The notes: generated by a model not told the origin, from the sequence alone. Counted from the stretch's first letter, positions 32,843-43,340 are shown. The stretch is DNA of 64,000 nt from Candidatus Latescibacterota bacterium (GCA_965219455.1 OZ244744.1:2176001-2240000); one strand, 5' to 3'. Translations and numbers: made by a program.

Positions 32843-34924
32843 CTACTTCACATCCACCGTCGCCTTGCCAACCCCCACGTTTCCCAGCGCATCGGTCGCA
32901 CGGACCACCACCGTATATTCTCCCGCCGTCAGCTCTTGAATTTCAAAACGCAAGGTTTCGGTTCTAGAGTCGAAAATCCGATCTACGGGAAAAATCACCT
33001 TCCAGTCTCCCGAATTCACCGCATAGGCCGCCTTCCAGAGTGGGCTCGCCGCGTCGTTCAGCGATCCCTCGACGAGTACGGGTCCGCCCGCAGCCAGCCT
33101 TATCTGCAGCCGCACGGAGGGCGGTGTATGGTCAAGATCGAACGGCTTGCTTTCCTTCTCGCCAACCAGCGCCAGTTCTTCCGGATTGTTCAACCGGTCA
33201 GACGCCACCACCCGGACCAGCATCGTACCTTCGGGCGCAGACTCGGTATTCCACTCGTAGAAATTGGCAAGCAAGTCCTCTTTCAGGAGTTTCCACCTTT
33301 TCTCGGAGCGACCCCGATAGTACAACGCATACACCAGTCGGTCGTTATTTGCGTCTGCGGCTTTCCAGGAGATCCGCCAGACGCCTCTTGCGTTACCGGG
33401 CGCCTGCCGGCCCTTTCCGGTGTCCTGCGGCGCGGCGCCGTTACCCTGGGACTCAAGGGGCGAGACGACGAGTGCAAGCACCTGCGGGCCCATGTTTTCC
33501 TGGAGGCCCACAAGACTCACCTCTCGAATCATCGGTGTCGCCGCGCCCGTTACCGAACTCAGCTCGGCCCGATACTGCAGGAAACGGGCGGGCGGACTGG
33601 ATATCTGACCACCCTGGGCGACTGAAGACCATTCACTCCAGGTATTGTCCGGTTTTTCGCTGTTTCCCGACCGCGTCCGGAATTGAATCGACGCATCCTG
33701 GGCGGGTTCTGAATCCCATCTGATCTTGCCCCATCTGGAAACCAGAAAGAAATCTCTCGCCCTGGATTCCAACCTGCCTTCGCGCGTGTATGCCTTACCC
33801 AACCGGTACACTTTCCCAGCACCCGTGGTCCCCACCCAGAACTCGCCTGTTGCGGACCTGCAGAATGCCCATGGTTGTACGTCTTTCAGACGGGTCAGCA
33901 GGGTGGCCTGACCGGCCAGGTCCACGCGATAGATACTCCCCCTGTCTCCCGTCAGCGCGGTAATTTCCCGGTCGTCTGCCTCCAATGCCAGGAGCAACGG
34001 TTCATCCACCTCCCAGAGACGAACCGTCGCACCCGAAGGCCGTATGGCGTACAACACGGAACCCTGTTGCGCGGAAGAGGATCCCTGACCCTTGGCGGCT
34101 GGCTGGGATCCGCCCTTTCCGCTCCCCTTGGAACGCCTGGACATCGCACCCGCAAACAGGATTCCGTCTGTTCCCATCGCCAACGCATGAATTTCATCCT
34201 CCGCCGCATCGTACAACACTTCCACTCGTCCCTTCGTATTGACCCGATAGACCAGACCGCTCTGATCCGTACCCGCATACACCTGGCCGTCGGCGTCCCG
34301 AATCAGCGAAACCACATTGTGGTCTTCGCTCTGATAAACCTCGTCGACTTTTCCGGCCGAGGAAATTCGCAGGATGCGTCCGTGTCTGCCGCCGGTTGCC
34401 GCGTACAGGCCTCCCTGTCCATCCACCACCAACGCCCAGACGTGTTCGTCTCCCGTTCGACAAAACATTTCAGGCTCTCTGCCCGGAGCAACCCTGTATA
34501 CAATCCCGTCCGGGGAGGAGCCCGCATAGAGTATCCCGTCCGGTCCGACGGCAAGACTGAATATGGCCACTTCGGGAGAATCAAAGAGAAGCACCGGCTC
34601 GCCAGAGCCATCAAACGCAAAGATCTTTCCGCCATTGCCCGTCGCAATATACAGACGGCCACCCTGCCCCTCCGCGAGTGCCCACACGAATTCTTCGCCC
34701 GTATCCGCCGCGACTTGAAGCTCCGGCGCGAGCGACACCGTGCCCTCTCTGGTTATCGAGACGCCGTCGGCTTCGCCCCTGGCAAACGCTTCCTGCGAGT
34801 GGTCGCGCCAAACGATCGGTTCGACGCCGTCTGCTGAACCCGGCAGGCAGTTCAGAACGAACCACAGGCCCATAAACAATACACGATTCTTCACATGTCC
34901 GTTTTCTCGATCCAACGGCCTCAT
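32843..34924 (-). CDS. Exported beta-propeller protein with C-terminal Ig/FN3-like domains
   Basis: Signal-like N-terminus; repeated VWAL...LYxxTG..G.IYR blades; TRSGN..PD..WSEW, RFLQYR motifs. Confidence 0.7.
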   Translation of the reverse strand: MRPLDRENGHVKNRVLFMGLWFVLNCLPGSADGVEPIVWRDHSQEAFARGEADGVSITREGTVSLAPELQVAADTGEEFVWALAEGQGGRLYIATGNGGKIFAFDGSGEPVLLFDSPEVAIFSLAVGPDGILYAGSSPDGIVYRVAPGREPEMFCRTGDEHVWALVVDGQGGLYAATGGRHGRILRISSAGKVDEVYQSEDHNVVSLIRDADGQVYAGTDQSGLVYRVNTKGRVEVLYDAAEDEIHALAMGTDGILFAGAMSRRSKGSGKGGSQPAAKGQGSSSAQQGSVLYAIRPSGATVRLWEVDEPLLLALEADDREITALTGDRGSIYRVDLAGQATLLTRLKDVQPWAFCRSATGEFWVGTTGAGKVYRLGKAYTREGRLESRARDFFLVSRWGKIRWDSEPAQDASIQFRTRSGNSEKPDNTWSEWSSVAQGGQISSPPARFLQYRAELSSVTGAATPMIREVSLVGLQENMGPQVLALVVSPLESQGNGAAPQDTGKGRQAPGNARGVWRISWKAADANNDRLVYALYYRGRSEKRWKLLKEDLLANFYEWNTESAPEGTMLVRVVASDRLNNPEELALVGEKESKPFDLDHTPPSVRLQIRLAAGGPVLVEGSLNDAASPLWKAAYAVNSGDWKVIFPVDRIFDSRTETLRFEIQELTAGEYTVVVRATDALGNVGVGKATVDVK

Positions 34925-35063
34925 CTCCTATCCTTCGCAATCGGTCTCCGCTGCAAGTTGCCCCCACCAAGTCCCGTGCGGTCCATCCGTTGCGGGCGCG
35001 CCCTTCGTCTTCGCGAAGACTTCGTGTCGGATGGACGCCTGGCGATGGCGTCCCCGGGACTGC

Positions 35064-36872
35064 CTACTTCCCTTTAGCGCCAGCGCTTCCACCCTCGGCA
35101 AATGTGACGCCGTTCGGTTTCCTGTTCACATTCAGTACAACAACCTGACTTCCCGAAAGCACATAGTCCGTGGGAATTCGTGCCCTTTGGACAACTGTCT
35201 GCCGAACCTGCTTTACCACATCCGACGAACGGGAAAACCGGAGCACCGAAAGTACCGACGGCGGCAGCCTTGACACCTCCCGTCCCTCAATCGTCACACC
35301 CTGGGCGCCGGACAGCAACTCAACAACCATTTCGTTGTTGCGGCCCGCCCGCCCCAGCAGGCGGATGAGATGATCCAGGTCTCTGGCGTTATATTCACCC
35401 GGCGCCCGCTTGGCCTCCTGTTTCTCGTGGGCGGATGCGTTGGAAACCTTGAGAATCAGCCGGCCGCCTGGCGTCTGATTCGGAATGACCAGCGCCTCCT
35501 GCACTTGCTGCAGTCCGCCCCAATAGGGTCTTAAAGAAACCGTGACGTGCACCGTATCGCCAGGCTGGAACGATGTCTTCTGCAGACCGATTGACTTGAT
35601 GTGAGCGGTGTGCGCCCGCTCTGCTTCAACATCCAGGTCGAAGGTCACCCGTTCGATCTGTACCGGCTCAAATGGATTCCGGATCAGCTTCGCAAGCGGC
35701 GCGGTGACCCCCAGCACGGCATGACCCAGCCCCAACGGGCCGGCATAGACGTTTTCGGCCTCAACGGATGGACGTCCTTTCAGGTCAATTCGCACACGGG
35801 ACTTCACCGTTACCTCTCCCGTCAGCTTCTCGGACGAAATCATCGCGCTGAATACCGCCATATTCAACAACGTGGGGCTGAGATCACGGTTTCGCAGGAC
35901 CTCCATCCGGAACTGGGCACGCTTGCCCGGGGAACGCAAATTGATCTGTGCCGGCATCATGTCCACGTCCAGGCCGATGGTACCCGCAATGCCGGGTGCG
36001 CGGTCCTGAACGATGGCACCCATGGTTTTCCCGGCCACACCCAGTTTGAAGGACGCAAATTGACTGGGCAACACTTCGTGAATATAGGCTGCCGTCATCG
36101 GCAACGCCGTGGCGCCGCCGAAAATCATGGAATGCCCGAAACCGACCACCCGGTCTCCGTCGCGATGGGTCAGCGTTCCGATTCCCGTAACGCTGAAATC
36201 GCCGCGTACCAGTTGCACGCCAAGGGCGGCGCCCGGTTCGAACGCACCGGCAGGCAGACCTGGATCCATTCCACCCCCGCCCTGAACCGGCGTCCAGCCC
36301 ATCTTCGAAAATTCCCGTCGGAATTCAGCCACCGCCTGCCGTGCGAAACCGGAGACCACGATCGGCAGGCTGATCGGCGTCAACTCAGCCGCATCCATCC
36401 CCGTCAGATCGACCAGGCGGCGCACGCTGGATTCCGTCGTCAATCGGGCCGCGGAGCTGACGCCCTGAGACGCGGTTGGTCGGTTGAACAGATCAACCAT
36501 TGCCGCTATCGGAGTAATCCCGGCGATGGGTTCTTTGGCGAAAGCGCCAACTCGATACGATACCGCTCCGACCAGCTTTCCATCGACATAAACCGGACTG
36601 CCGCTCATCCCCAGGATAACCCCGGTATTCGACAGGGGGCCGCCGGACAGCCGGGCGAGAATAAGGTCGCTACGTGGACCGATCGCGTTGCGTAGTACAC
36701 CCAGGATTTCGACCTGAAAGGTATCGATGCGCATGCCCTGGAAGACCGTCCGTCCGATACCCCGCATACCTCTCCGGAGTTCTTCCACGGGCATAGTCGC
36801 CACAGTCCCCCAGGAATTGCCGACCAATGCGCCCCATAGTAAAGCGGGGAGCGTTATTTTCAGCAGGCTCAT
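35064..36872 (-). CDS. SpoIVB peptidase S55 domain protein
   Basis: FQVEILGV, GMSGSPVY..GKLVGAVS, GTLT...GFGH; start at ATG 36872 because the longer ORF runs into a MITE. Confidence 0.85.
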   Translation of the reverse strand: MSLLKITLPALLWGALVGNSWGTVATMPVEELRRGMRGIGRTVFQGMRIDTFQVEILGVLRNAIGPRSDLILARLSGGPLSNTGVILGMSGSPVYVDGKLVGAVSYRVGAFAKEPIAGITPIAAMVDLFNRPTASQGVSSAARLTTESSVRRLVDLTGMDAAELTPISLPIVVSGFARQAVAEFRREFSKMGWTPVQGGGGMDPGLPAGAFEPGAALGVQLVRGDFSVTGIGTLTHRDGDRVVGFGHSMIFGGATALPMTAAYIHEVLPSQFASFKLGVAGKTMGAIVQDRAPGIAGTIGLDVDMMPAQINLRSPGKRAQFRMEVLRNRDLSPTLLNMAVFSAMISSEKLTGEVTVKSRVRIDLKGRPSVEAENVYAGPLGLGHAVLGVTAPLAKLIRNPFEPVQIERVTFDLDVEAERAHTAHIKSIGLQKTSFQPGDTVHVTVSLRPYWGGLQQVQEALVIPNQTPGGRLILKVSNASAHEKQEAKRAPGEYNARDLDHLIRLLGRAGRNNEMVVELLSGAQGVTIEGREVSRLPPSVLSVLRFSRSSDVVKQVRQTVVQRARIPTDYVLSGSQVVVLNVNRKPNGVTFAEGGSAGAKGK

Positions 36873-36958
36873 CACGACGCAGACCCTTTCACGTAAATCG
36901 GTACGGGAGCCACGGAATCTACGGTGTGCCATAAGAAAAGTCAAGCATTGTGACGTTC

Positions 36959-37114
36959 TAATGTTCTGTCCCGGAAATAGATTGCCGAAACTCGGCCGAC
37001 GAGTCGCCCGGCTCGCAAGGCACCTGAGCGAGGCGACCTGCGCAAGGTCGGAAACGCAGCGAGACGGGATGAATCGTCGGAAGAATGGTGTTATCTTTCT
37101 GGGACAGAACACTG
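36959..37114 (+). mobile_element. MITE family A, compact full copy
   Basis: TAATGTTCTGTCCCGGAAATAG...TTCTGGGACAGAACACTG; lacks the CTTCGACAGGCTCAG inserts. Confidence 0.85.
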
Positions 37115-37226
37115 AGTTCTTGCAGAACAATATCGGAACGTTTTCAATTACGCGTATAAATTACCCGTTTTTGGAGTGTGGAACAAGCCCCTTGTGCAAA
37201 CTCGATCTTATCGTTATCATAATCCC

Positions 37227-37698
37227 ATGCAAATCATGTTGCTGGCCGTTGGCAAATGCCGCAAACCGTACCTCAGAGAAGGTGTGTCGGACTATATCGA
37301 TCGCATCCGGAAGATACACCAGCCTGGAGCATATCGAACTGAGAGAGGAACGCACCCCGAGAACGGGCACCGCGCCGGGTGGCCTCTGCAAAGAACGCGA
37401 ACGCATCCTCCGAAGCCTGCCGGAGAAGGCTTATGTTGTCGCCCTGGATCCGGCCGGAGATACCTGCAGTTCCGACGCCCTCGCCCGGCGTATCCTGAGA
37501 ATCGGTATCGAAGGGTTAAGCCGAATCGCGTTTGTAATTGGCGGCCCCTCCGGCCTTTCCTCCCGGGTTATCCGGCGTCCCGACTGGCGCCTGTCGCTGT
37601 CTTCCTTCACGTTTCCGCACGAAATCGCCCGTCTGCTTCTCCTTGAACAGATCTACAGGGCATTTACCATTATGCGCGGCGAACCGTATCACAGGTAG
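37227..37698 (+). pseudogene. rlmH: 23S rRNA m3-pseudouridine1915 methyltransferase split by a 1-nt frameshift near 37311
   Basis: N-terminal MQIMLLAVGK...YIDRIR in one frame; RYTSLEHIEL...FVIGGPSGL...TFPHEIAR...EQIYRA...GEPYHR in another. Confidence 0.85.
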
Positions 37699-37765
37699 TC
37701 GCCACCACAGACAGACCCGTAACGACTGTGAAGAATTCAGGCCGAACTTTTTCGGCAGTCTGCAG

Positions 37766-38009
37766 AAACAAAAAGCCCGGAAAACAGGTTCATCCGACAG
37801 CCGTGGAGAGATGATTCCGCCACTGGAATCCGGCTGCCGCGAACGCCTCCTGTTTCCGGGCTTTTTAAACACAGACCGAAATGCCTGGATATGCAGTTTC
37901 GGGGGAATGGAAGAGATCCGGATCCGACAACCGCTGACAACGGCCGAAGGGGGATCGGCCCGAGGGGCGCCGGAAGAGGGGTTGCCTCAATCGCATACTT
38001 TTTGAGAGC
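37766..38009 (-). ncRNA. Candidate small RNA
   Basis: Own promoter, several hairpins with C/U-rich segments, long terminal hairpin plus U-run, no credible ORF. Confidence 0.45.
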
Positions 38010-38015
38010 AATTGA

Positions 38016-38044
38016 AAGATAAGCCATTGTTTTTTTTTAGTCAA
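38016..38044 (-). promoter_or_regulatory. sigma70 promoter firing toward the rlmH 3' end
   Basis: Minus-strand TTGACT-N17-TATCTT in an AT-rich patch. Confidence 0.65.
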
Positions 38045-38412
38045 GGGTAAGTTTGTCCTAATATACTGTTTTACATTATCTTGTGGTCTCCCAGTCGAGA
38101 TATACCTTATATAGATTTTGACGCGGCGAACCATCGCAAAACGCGTTTCACGTCGCTGGCCGCGAAGGGATTCCCGGAATCGCATGACGACTTCGCCCTT
38201 TCCCCCCACACCTTATTCTCGCACGATTTCGAAAGAACGTCCCTGTTCCATATCGCCACGTTGAGCGAGGAGGGTGGACCTCCCGACCTCAGCCGTCGAT
38301 AGATACTTCTGGACAGGTTCCCTATTCAGCGCTATCTTCGATACCCGGCGATAAGGAATCGTGTCCGTACAATTCGAGCTCACACGCTTTCCTCTTTCAT
38401 CGCAATTTACCC

Positions 38413-39765
38413 ATGCCACATACCCTTACCATAACCCAGGCCGCGGCGGAAATTCGGGCGGGCCGTCTTTCTCCCGTGGAACTTCTACACGCATGTTTTT
38501 CGCAGATCGACGCCCTCGACAGCCGCCTGCACGCCTGGGTCAACGTGGACCGGGAAGGGTCCGAGCTTTGCGCACGGCGTCTTCAGGAGGAACTCGCCCA
38601 GGGCCGCTACCGTGGTCCCCTGCACGGAATCCCGGTGGGTATCAAGGACATCATCAACACAAAAGGCTTGCCTACCACCGCTGGAGCAAGACATCTTTAC
38701 AACCTGGTATCGAAAGAAGATGCAACGGTGGTTGCCCGCTTGCGCCGCTCCGGGGCGGTCATCCCCGGCAAAACGGTTACCACGCCGTTTGCATGTTTCG
38801 ATCCGGCCGAAACCAGGAACCCCTGGAACCCTGATCATTCGCCCGGCGGCTCCAGCAGCGGTTCCGCAGCCGCCGTCGCGGCGCGAATGTGTCCCGCCGC
38901 CCTGGGTTCCCAGACCGGCGGCTCCATCAGTCGTCCCGCCGCGTATTGCGGCCTCGTGGGTCTCAAACCCACCTTTGGCCGGATCAGCCTGTATGGGATC
39001 CTGCCCGTCAGCTACGAACTGGACCATCCGGGTCCGATCACACGTTCAGTCTCCGATGCAGCCGTAATCCTCCAGAGCCTGGCCGGCAAAGATCCGCTGG
39101 ATCCGCTCAGCGCCGACGTTCCTGTTGGAAGTTTCCGCATCAACCCGTTGACGCGTCCTCCCCGCATAGGCATCATCCGTACATACTTCCCTGAAAACGC
39201 CGACGAAACCATGCGTGCGGCGACCAACGAAGCCACAAAACGCCTCGACGCCGCCGGCGCCGAATTCAACGACGTGCACATGCCAGCATCCTTTGCGGAA
39301 CTGCACGAGAATCACGCCCTCCTGCTCGCCGTTGGCGCGGCAAGCGTCCACCGGGAACGATATGACGCGCACCGCGACCGCTTTCCGCCCGGCCTCCGCG
39401 AAATCATCGAACGGGGTCGCGCCGCCAGCGCCGTCGACTACGCCGAGGCACGGCGCCACCAGATAGCATTCAAATCGGAGGTTCTCGCTGCTTTCGAAGG
39501 CGTGGACCTGCTCCTCACCCCCGCAACGCCCACACCGGCGCCGTCAGGCCTGACATCCACCGGCAACCCTGCCTTCAACAGCCCCTGGAGCTACGCCGGT
39601 CTCCCCACGACCGTCCTGCCGGCTACCTGTACCCCCGACGGGCTGCCCGCCGGCATCCAGCTGGTTGCCCGACCCTTTGCCGAATCCTGCCTGCTCTCTA
39701 TTTGCGCCTGGTGCGAAACCCACCTTGAGTGGACCCTTACCCCATCGAATCTATCTGGCAATTAG
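38413..39765 (+). CDS. Amidase signature family protein
   Basis: GPLHGIPVGIKD, GGSSSGSAA, GSQTGGSISRPA. Confidence 0.92.
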   Translation: MPHTLTITQAAAEIRAGRLSPVELLHACFSQIDALDSRLHAWVNVDREGSELCARRLQEELAQGRYRGPLHGIPVGIKDIINTKGLPTTAGARHLYNLVSKEDATVVARLRRSGAVIPGKTVTTPFACFDPAETRNPWNPDHSPGGSSSGSAAAVAARMCPAALGSQTGGSISRPAAYCGLVGLKPTFGRISLYGILPVSYELDHPGPITRSVSDAAVILQSLAGKDPLDPLSADVPVGSFRINPLTRPPRIGIIRTYFPENADETMRAATNEATKRLDAAGAEFNDVHMPASFAELHENHALLLAVGAASVHRERYDAHRDRFPPGLREIIERGRAASAVDYAEARRHQIAFKSEVLAAFEGVDLLLTPATPTPAPSGLTSTGNPAFNSPWSYAGLPTTVLPATCTPDGLPAGIQLVARPFAESCLLSICAWCETHLEWTLTPSNLSGN

Positions 39766-39769
39766 AGTT

Positions 39770-40987
39770 ATGTGTCCGCGTCGGGCCCTCAAGCATCTCG
39801 TATGGTTGACGTTCGTTGTACATATTTCCGGCATCGCCCATGCTGCCCGCGTGCATGCCCCCAGGCAGCATGCCGTTCGCTTGGGGATTGACCATATGCT
39901 CAACGAGCGTTTCGACCTCTCCCACGCCATATTCGATTCCCTTGTCGCGGTCGAACCCGACCGCCCCGAAGGGTACCTGGGTAAAGCCCTTGCGTACTGG
40001 AACGAAAGCATGCTTCTGGCAGACGGCGAACGGTTTGTCGACCGCGTTGACCACCTGACCGGACGCGCCATCAAGTTTGCCGAGCGGGCCCTCAAAACCG
40101 ACAATGACAACGCGGAGATGGTATTCCTTCTCGGAAAAGCCTATGGCCTGCGCGCGGGCCTGGCGCTCATCCACGGCAGCCCCATAGACGGCGTGCTCCA
40201 CGGCCTGAAGTGCCGCGACTACCTCAAGGAGACCATCCGCCTGGATCCGAACCTAGTGGACGCCTATTTCGGACTGGGTCTTGCAGACTATGTCGCCGCG
40301 CGGCAGCCGCGTTTCCTCCGGATGGTGAGCCGACTCCTATCGCTTCCCGACGGGAACCGGAAACGCGGCCTCGAACGACTGCAGCGGGTTGCCCGGGAAG
40401 GCATCTACACCCAGCGGCATGCCGTCTCCAGCCGTGCCTTCATCGCCCTATATTACGAGAAAGATTACGAAGACGCCCGCCTTCGTTTCACGGACCTGCA
40501 CCGGCGCTACCCCCACAGCCTGGATTACCGTATCCGTTATCTGGACGCTCTCTTCGGACTCACCATCCAGGGCAGGCAGGATTACCGCCAGGCTCTGATC
40601 GACTCCGTGCGATCGATCCGGCGCCTGGCAAAAAAGCGCAACTGTGACCTGAATCGCTGGTCCCGTACCAAACTGGATTTTATTGAAGGTTTTGGCCACT
40701 ACCTCTCCGGCAACGAGGAGGCAACAAGAAGACATCTGGAAATCTACATACGGGAAGCCTCAAAAAAGAGCTGGCTGCTCGGCCCCGCACATCTCATTCT
40801 GGGCAAACTGGCCGACCTGCGAAACGACCGGGAAATCGCAATCCGCCATTACCGCCGCGCACGAAAACATGAAGACGTATGGGGCGTCCACAACGAAGCC
40901 GACACCTATCTTCGGCACCGGTTTACCGGGGATGAGCCCGGCAGGCGCCCTCCGGACACGGTCCGGCGCTATCCGGAGAAACCTTGA
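39770..40987 (+). CDS. TPR-like exported protein
   Basis: Helical repeats (LDPNLVDAYFGLG, AHLILGKLAD...AIRHY); signal-like N-terminus. Confidence 0.7.
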   Translation: MCPRRALKHLVWLTFVVHISGIAHAARVHAPRQHAVRLGIDHMLNERFDLSHAIFDSLVAVEPDRPEGYLGKALAYWNESMLLADGERFVDRVDHLTGRAIKFAERALKTDNDNAEMVFLLGKAYGLRAGLALIHGSPIDGVLHGLKCRDYLKETIRLDPNLVDAYFGLGLADYVAARQPRFLRMVSRLLSLPDGNRKRGLERLQRVAREGIYTQRHAVSSRAFIALYYEKDYEDARLRFTDLHRRYPHSLDYRIRYLDALFGLTIQGRQDYRQALIDSVRSIRRLAKKRNCDLNRWSRTKLDFIEGFGHYLSGNEEATRRHLEIYIREASKKSWLLGPAHLILGKLADLRNDREIAIRHYRRARKHEDVWGVHNEADTYLRHRFTGDEPGRRPPDTVRRYPEKP

Positions 40988-41297
40988 AGCTTGCTCAACC
41001 CGGAAAACTCCGGCAGCGTCCCATGAGGCGCGATACCTCACTGGCCAATGGCACACGCCAGCAGCGCCGTTCCCGTTCTCGCGGGAGGAGTCCCCTGCAA
41101 TTTCCAGGGGATCGATTAATTCTTGCAGGATGGCCTTGACGACCCCGCACAAATAGGCTTAATTTATCTAATGAATCAATGTGATATTCCTCATACGGGA
41201 CGGTCCGCGGAAGAACGGCCGATCGCAGAAACCGAAGAAAATCCCCGCCGTACTCCGTACAGGAACACGCCGGGATCTATTCTCTTAGGGAATCGGT

Positions 41298-42104
41298 ATG
41301 GCGTTAGCATCCTCGATATCCTTGCACCACACGAGACTCGGTCATTCCCGGGAGCCTATCCGTTACCCTACGCCTTCGGCACCGCCGTGGATCGTCCCCA
41401 CCGTGGTCCGCATCAAAAACCCGGATGTAGATCTGAAGCTTCATTATGTGAAGGCCTTCCGCGTTTCTATCGTCCTTTCCTCAATCCTCCTCGCTGTTCT
41501 GTGCCTTGTCTTCCCTGAATATGAATCTCGCAGCTATTCAGCCTACCCCGCGCCGGTTATCATCACGCTCGAAGACATACCTGAAACCTATCAGGCGCCA
41601 AGACCCGAAACCGAAGATGTGATTTTGGGCGCGGGCGACCTGGATGGCGTGGCAGTCGTTGACACCGCCGAAGAAGAGGAATCGGACATCGACTTTCTTG
41701 CCAACCTCCACATCGATGACACCCTTGGAGATATGGATCGGACGCTTGACGAGGATGCCGTGGATTTCTGGGATGTTTCAAAAGAACCGGTACTCGTACG
41801 GGAAGTTCTGCCCATCTACCCCAAAATCGCCCACGAGTCCGGCCGCGAAGGGGTTATCTTCGTCAAATTCGCCGTTGGCACGGACGGACGAGTCAAAGAA
41901 GCCTCCATTCTGAAGGGTCCCAGGATTTTTCACGCATCCGCCCTGGAAGCCGTCTACAAATTTACCTTCAGACCGGCCCTTCAAAACGACAAGCCCGTCG
42001 CGGTCTGGATGACGCGCCCCATACGCTTCCGCCTGGTTGACAACCCGCTCGAGCCCCTGCCCCTGCAGGTAATCGAAACGCCATCGGTGCGCATTTCGCA
42101 TTAG
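41298..42104 (+). CDS. Energy transducer TonB
   Basis: One TM, acidic linker, PIYPKIA...EGVIFVKF...FRPALQ TonB_C domain. Confidence 0.85.
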   Translation: MALASSISLHHTRLGHSREPIRYPTPSAPPWIVPTVVRIKNPDVDLKLHYVKAFRVSIVLSSILLAVLCLVFPEYESRSYSAYPAPVIITLEDIPETYQAPRPETEDVILGAGDLDGVAVVDTAEEEESDIDFLANLHIDDTLGDMDRTLDEDAVDFWDVSKEPVLVREVLPIYPKIAHESGREGVIFVKFAVGTDGRVKEASILKGPRIFHASALEAVYKFTFRPALQNDKPVAVWMTRPIRFRLVDNPLEPLPLQVIETPSVRISH

Positions 42105-42123
42105 ACCTACCCACGCCTCCATT

Positions 42124-43122
42124 CTACTGCTCCCGTTCGATCGCACCGCCTGAATAAACCACTTCCTTCAGGCGATCCTGTTCGTCCAGCCGAACCCGCA
42201 GGGTGAACGCTCGCCTGTTCAGAAATTGCGGATTGTGATCCAGCGCCGCACGCAAGGCCAGCGAACCCAGCCACCCCAGGCCGTCGGCCCGAATGCCAAA
42301 CCGCAAATCGTGGATCAAAAATGTTCGCCCGCTGTCACCGGACTCCGCCACCACCGGAAAACGCGCGAACCAGCGATAAATTCTCCCATCCCGCCGTTCC
42401 CACAGGCCTTCCAGACGGGGATCGGCAAGGGCCGACCGGTACGCGGTCGGCGCCTCGGCGATCCCCGATAACAAAGACACGGGTATTTCGTACCATTCTC
42501 CTTCACCGGATGCGATTCCCCGCCGGTGCAGAGGCGAAAAAGGCACTGGAACGGCCGCTACGGCCGTCAGGCCCCTATCGGTTGCCCAGCGGTCCACGTA
42601 GAGAAAGGCGATAGCCGAAACGGCGATACTGAGCGCCATATAGGCGCCAAGCGCCGCAGCGCCCAGGCGGTACCCCCTTTCTCCCCATCCCTTCCATCCG
42701 AGAACCAGTCCGCCGATCAGAATAATGTCCAGGTACGGGTCGATGATGAACAGCACGTCAAACAACGCCCGGTACCTGGAAAATGGCATAAAGATCATGG
42801 TCCCATAGGAGGTCACCAGGTCGAACAGAATATGCAGCGAAAAACCGGAAAGGGCGACAGCATACAGCTTGAGAAACGGAACTTCCTTGAGTATGAATCG
42901 CCGGACAACCCACGCAACGGCGAGGGCGCCGATTGCAGCACCGAAAAACGAATGTGTCATCCCCCGGTGCGTCTGCAGGCTGTCGAGCGCGTCGCTTGAC
43001 AGGAACACATCCACGTCGGGCAACACACTGGTGAGGGTAACCAGATTTACAAACCCACGGTTCTGCGGCCATACGGATCGCGCAACCAGACGGCCAACGA
43101 GGCCATGGGTCGGGGTGTCCAT
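42124..43122 (-). CDS. Membrane metal-dependent hydrolase (YdjM-like)
   Basis: MDTPTH, LPDVD, HRGMTHS, HILFDLVTSYGT, FIIDP. Confidence 0.85.
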   Translation of the reverse strand: MDTPTHGLVGRLVARSVWPQNRGFVNLVTLTSVLPDVDVFLSSDALDSLQTHRGMTHSFFGAAIGALAVAWVVRRFILKEVPFLKLYAVALSGFSLHILFDLVTSYGTMIFMPFSRYRALFDVLFIIDPYLDIILIGGLVLGWKGWGERGYRLGAAALGAYMALSIAVSAIAFLYVDRWATDRGLTAVAAVPVPFSPLHRRGIASGEGEWYEIPVSLLSGIAEAPTAYRSALADPRLEGLWERRDGRIYRWFARFPVVAESGDSGRTFLIHDLRFGIRADGLGWLGSLALRAALDHNPQFLNRRAFTLRVRLDEQDRLKEVVYSGGAIEREQ

Positions 43123-43340
43123 CCCGTTTACCTTTGCTTGTGAAGAGAATGAAACGGAAATTACAGGCGGCGTTCTCTGTTCTCAAGTCCCTGCTGTGGG
43201 GCGCCACTTGCAGCGGTCATCTGACGCCGGATCGATGCGTTTGCATTTGAATTGCGGGACACACAGAATATACCCAATGCTCCGGCTGAATCAACCCCGC
43301 ACAAACGCCGCTTGACAGCGCGTGACCTGACGATGTAACA

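Noticed and set aside
37140-37200. DnaA-box-like TGTGGAACA / TGTGCAAAC as oriC
   Set aside because: Only two mismatched boxes, and the C-rich skew continues ~6 kb further right.
36873-37226. Long N-terminal extensions of the S55 and rlmH ORFs, and recurring MFCPGN/MVTYFRD ORFs
   Set aside because: These are translations of MITE family A sequence.
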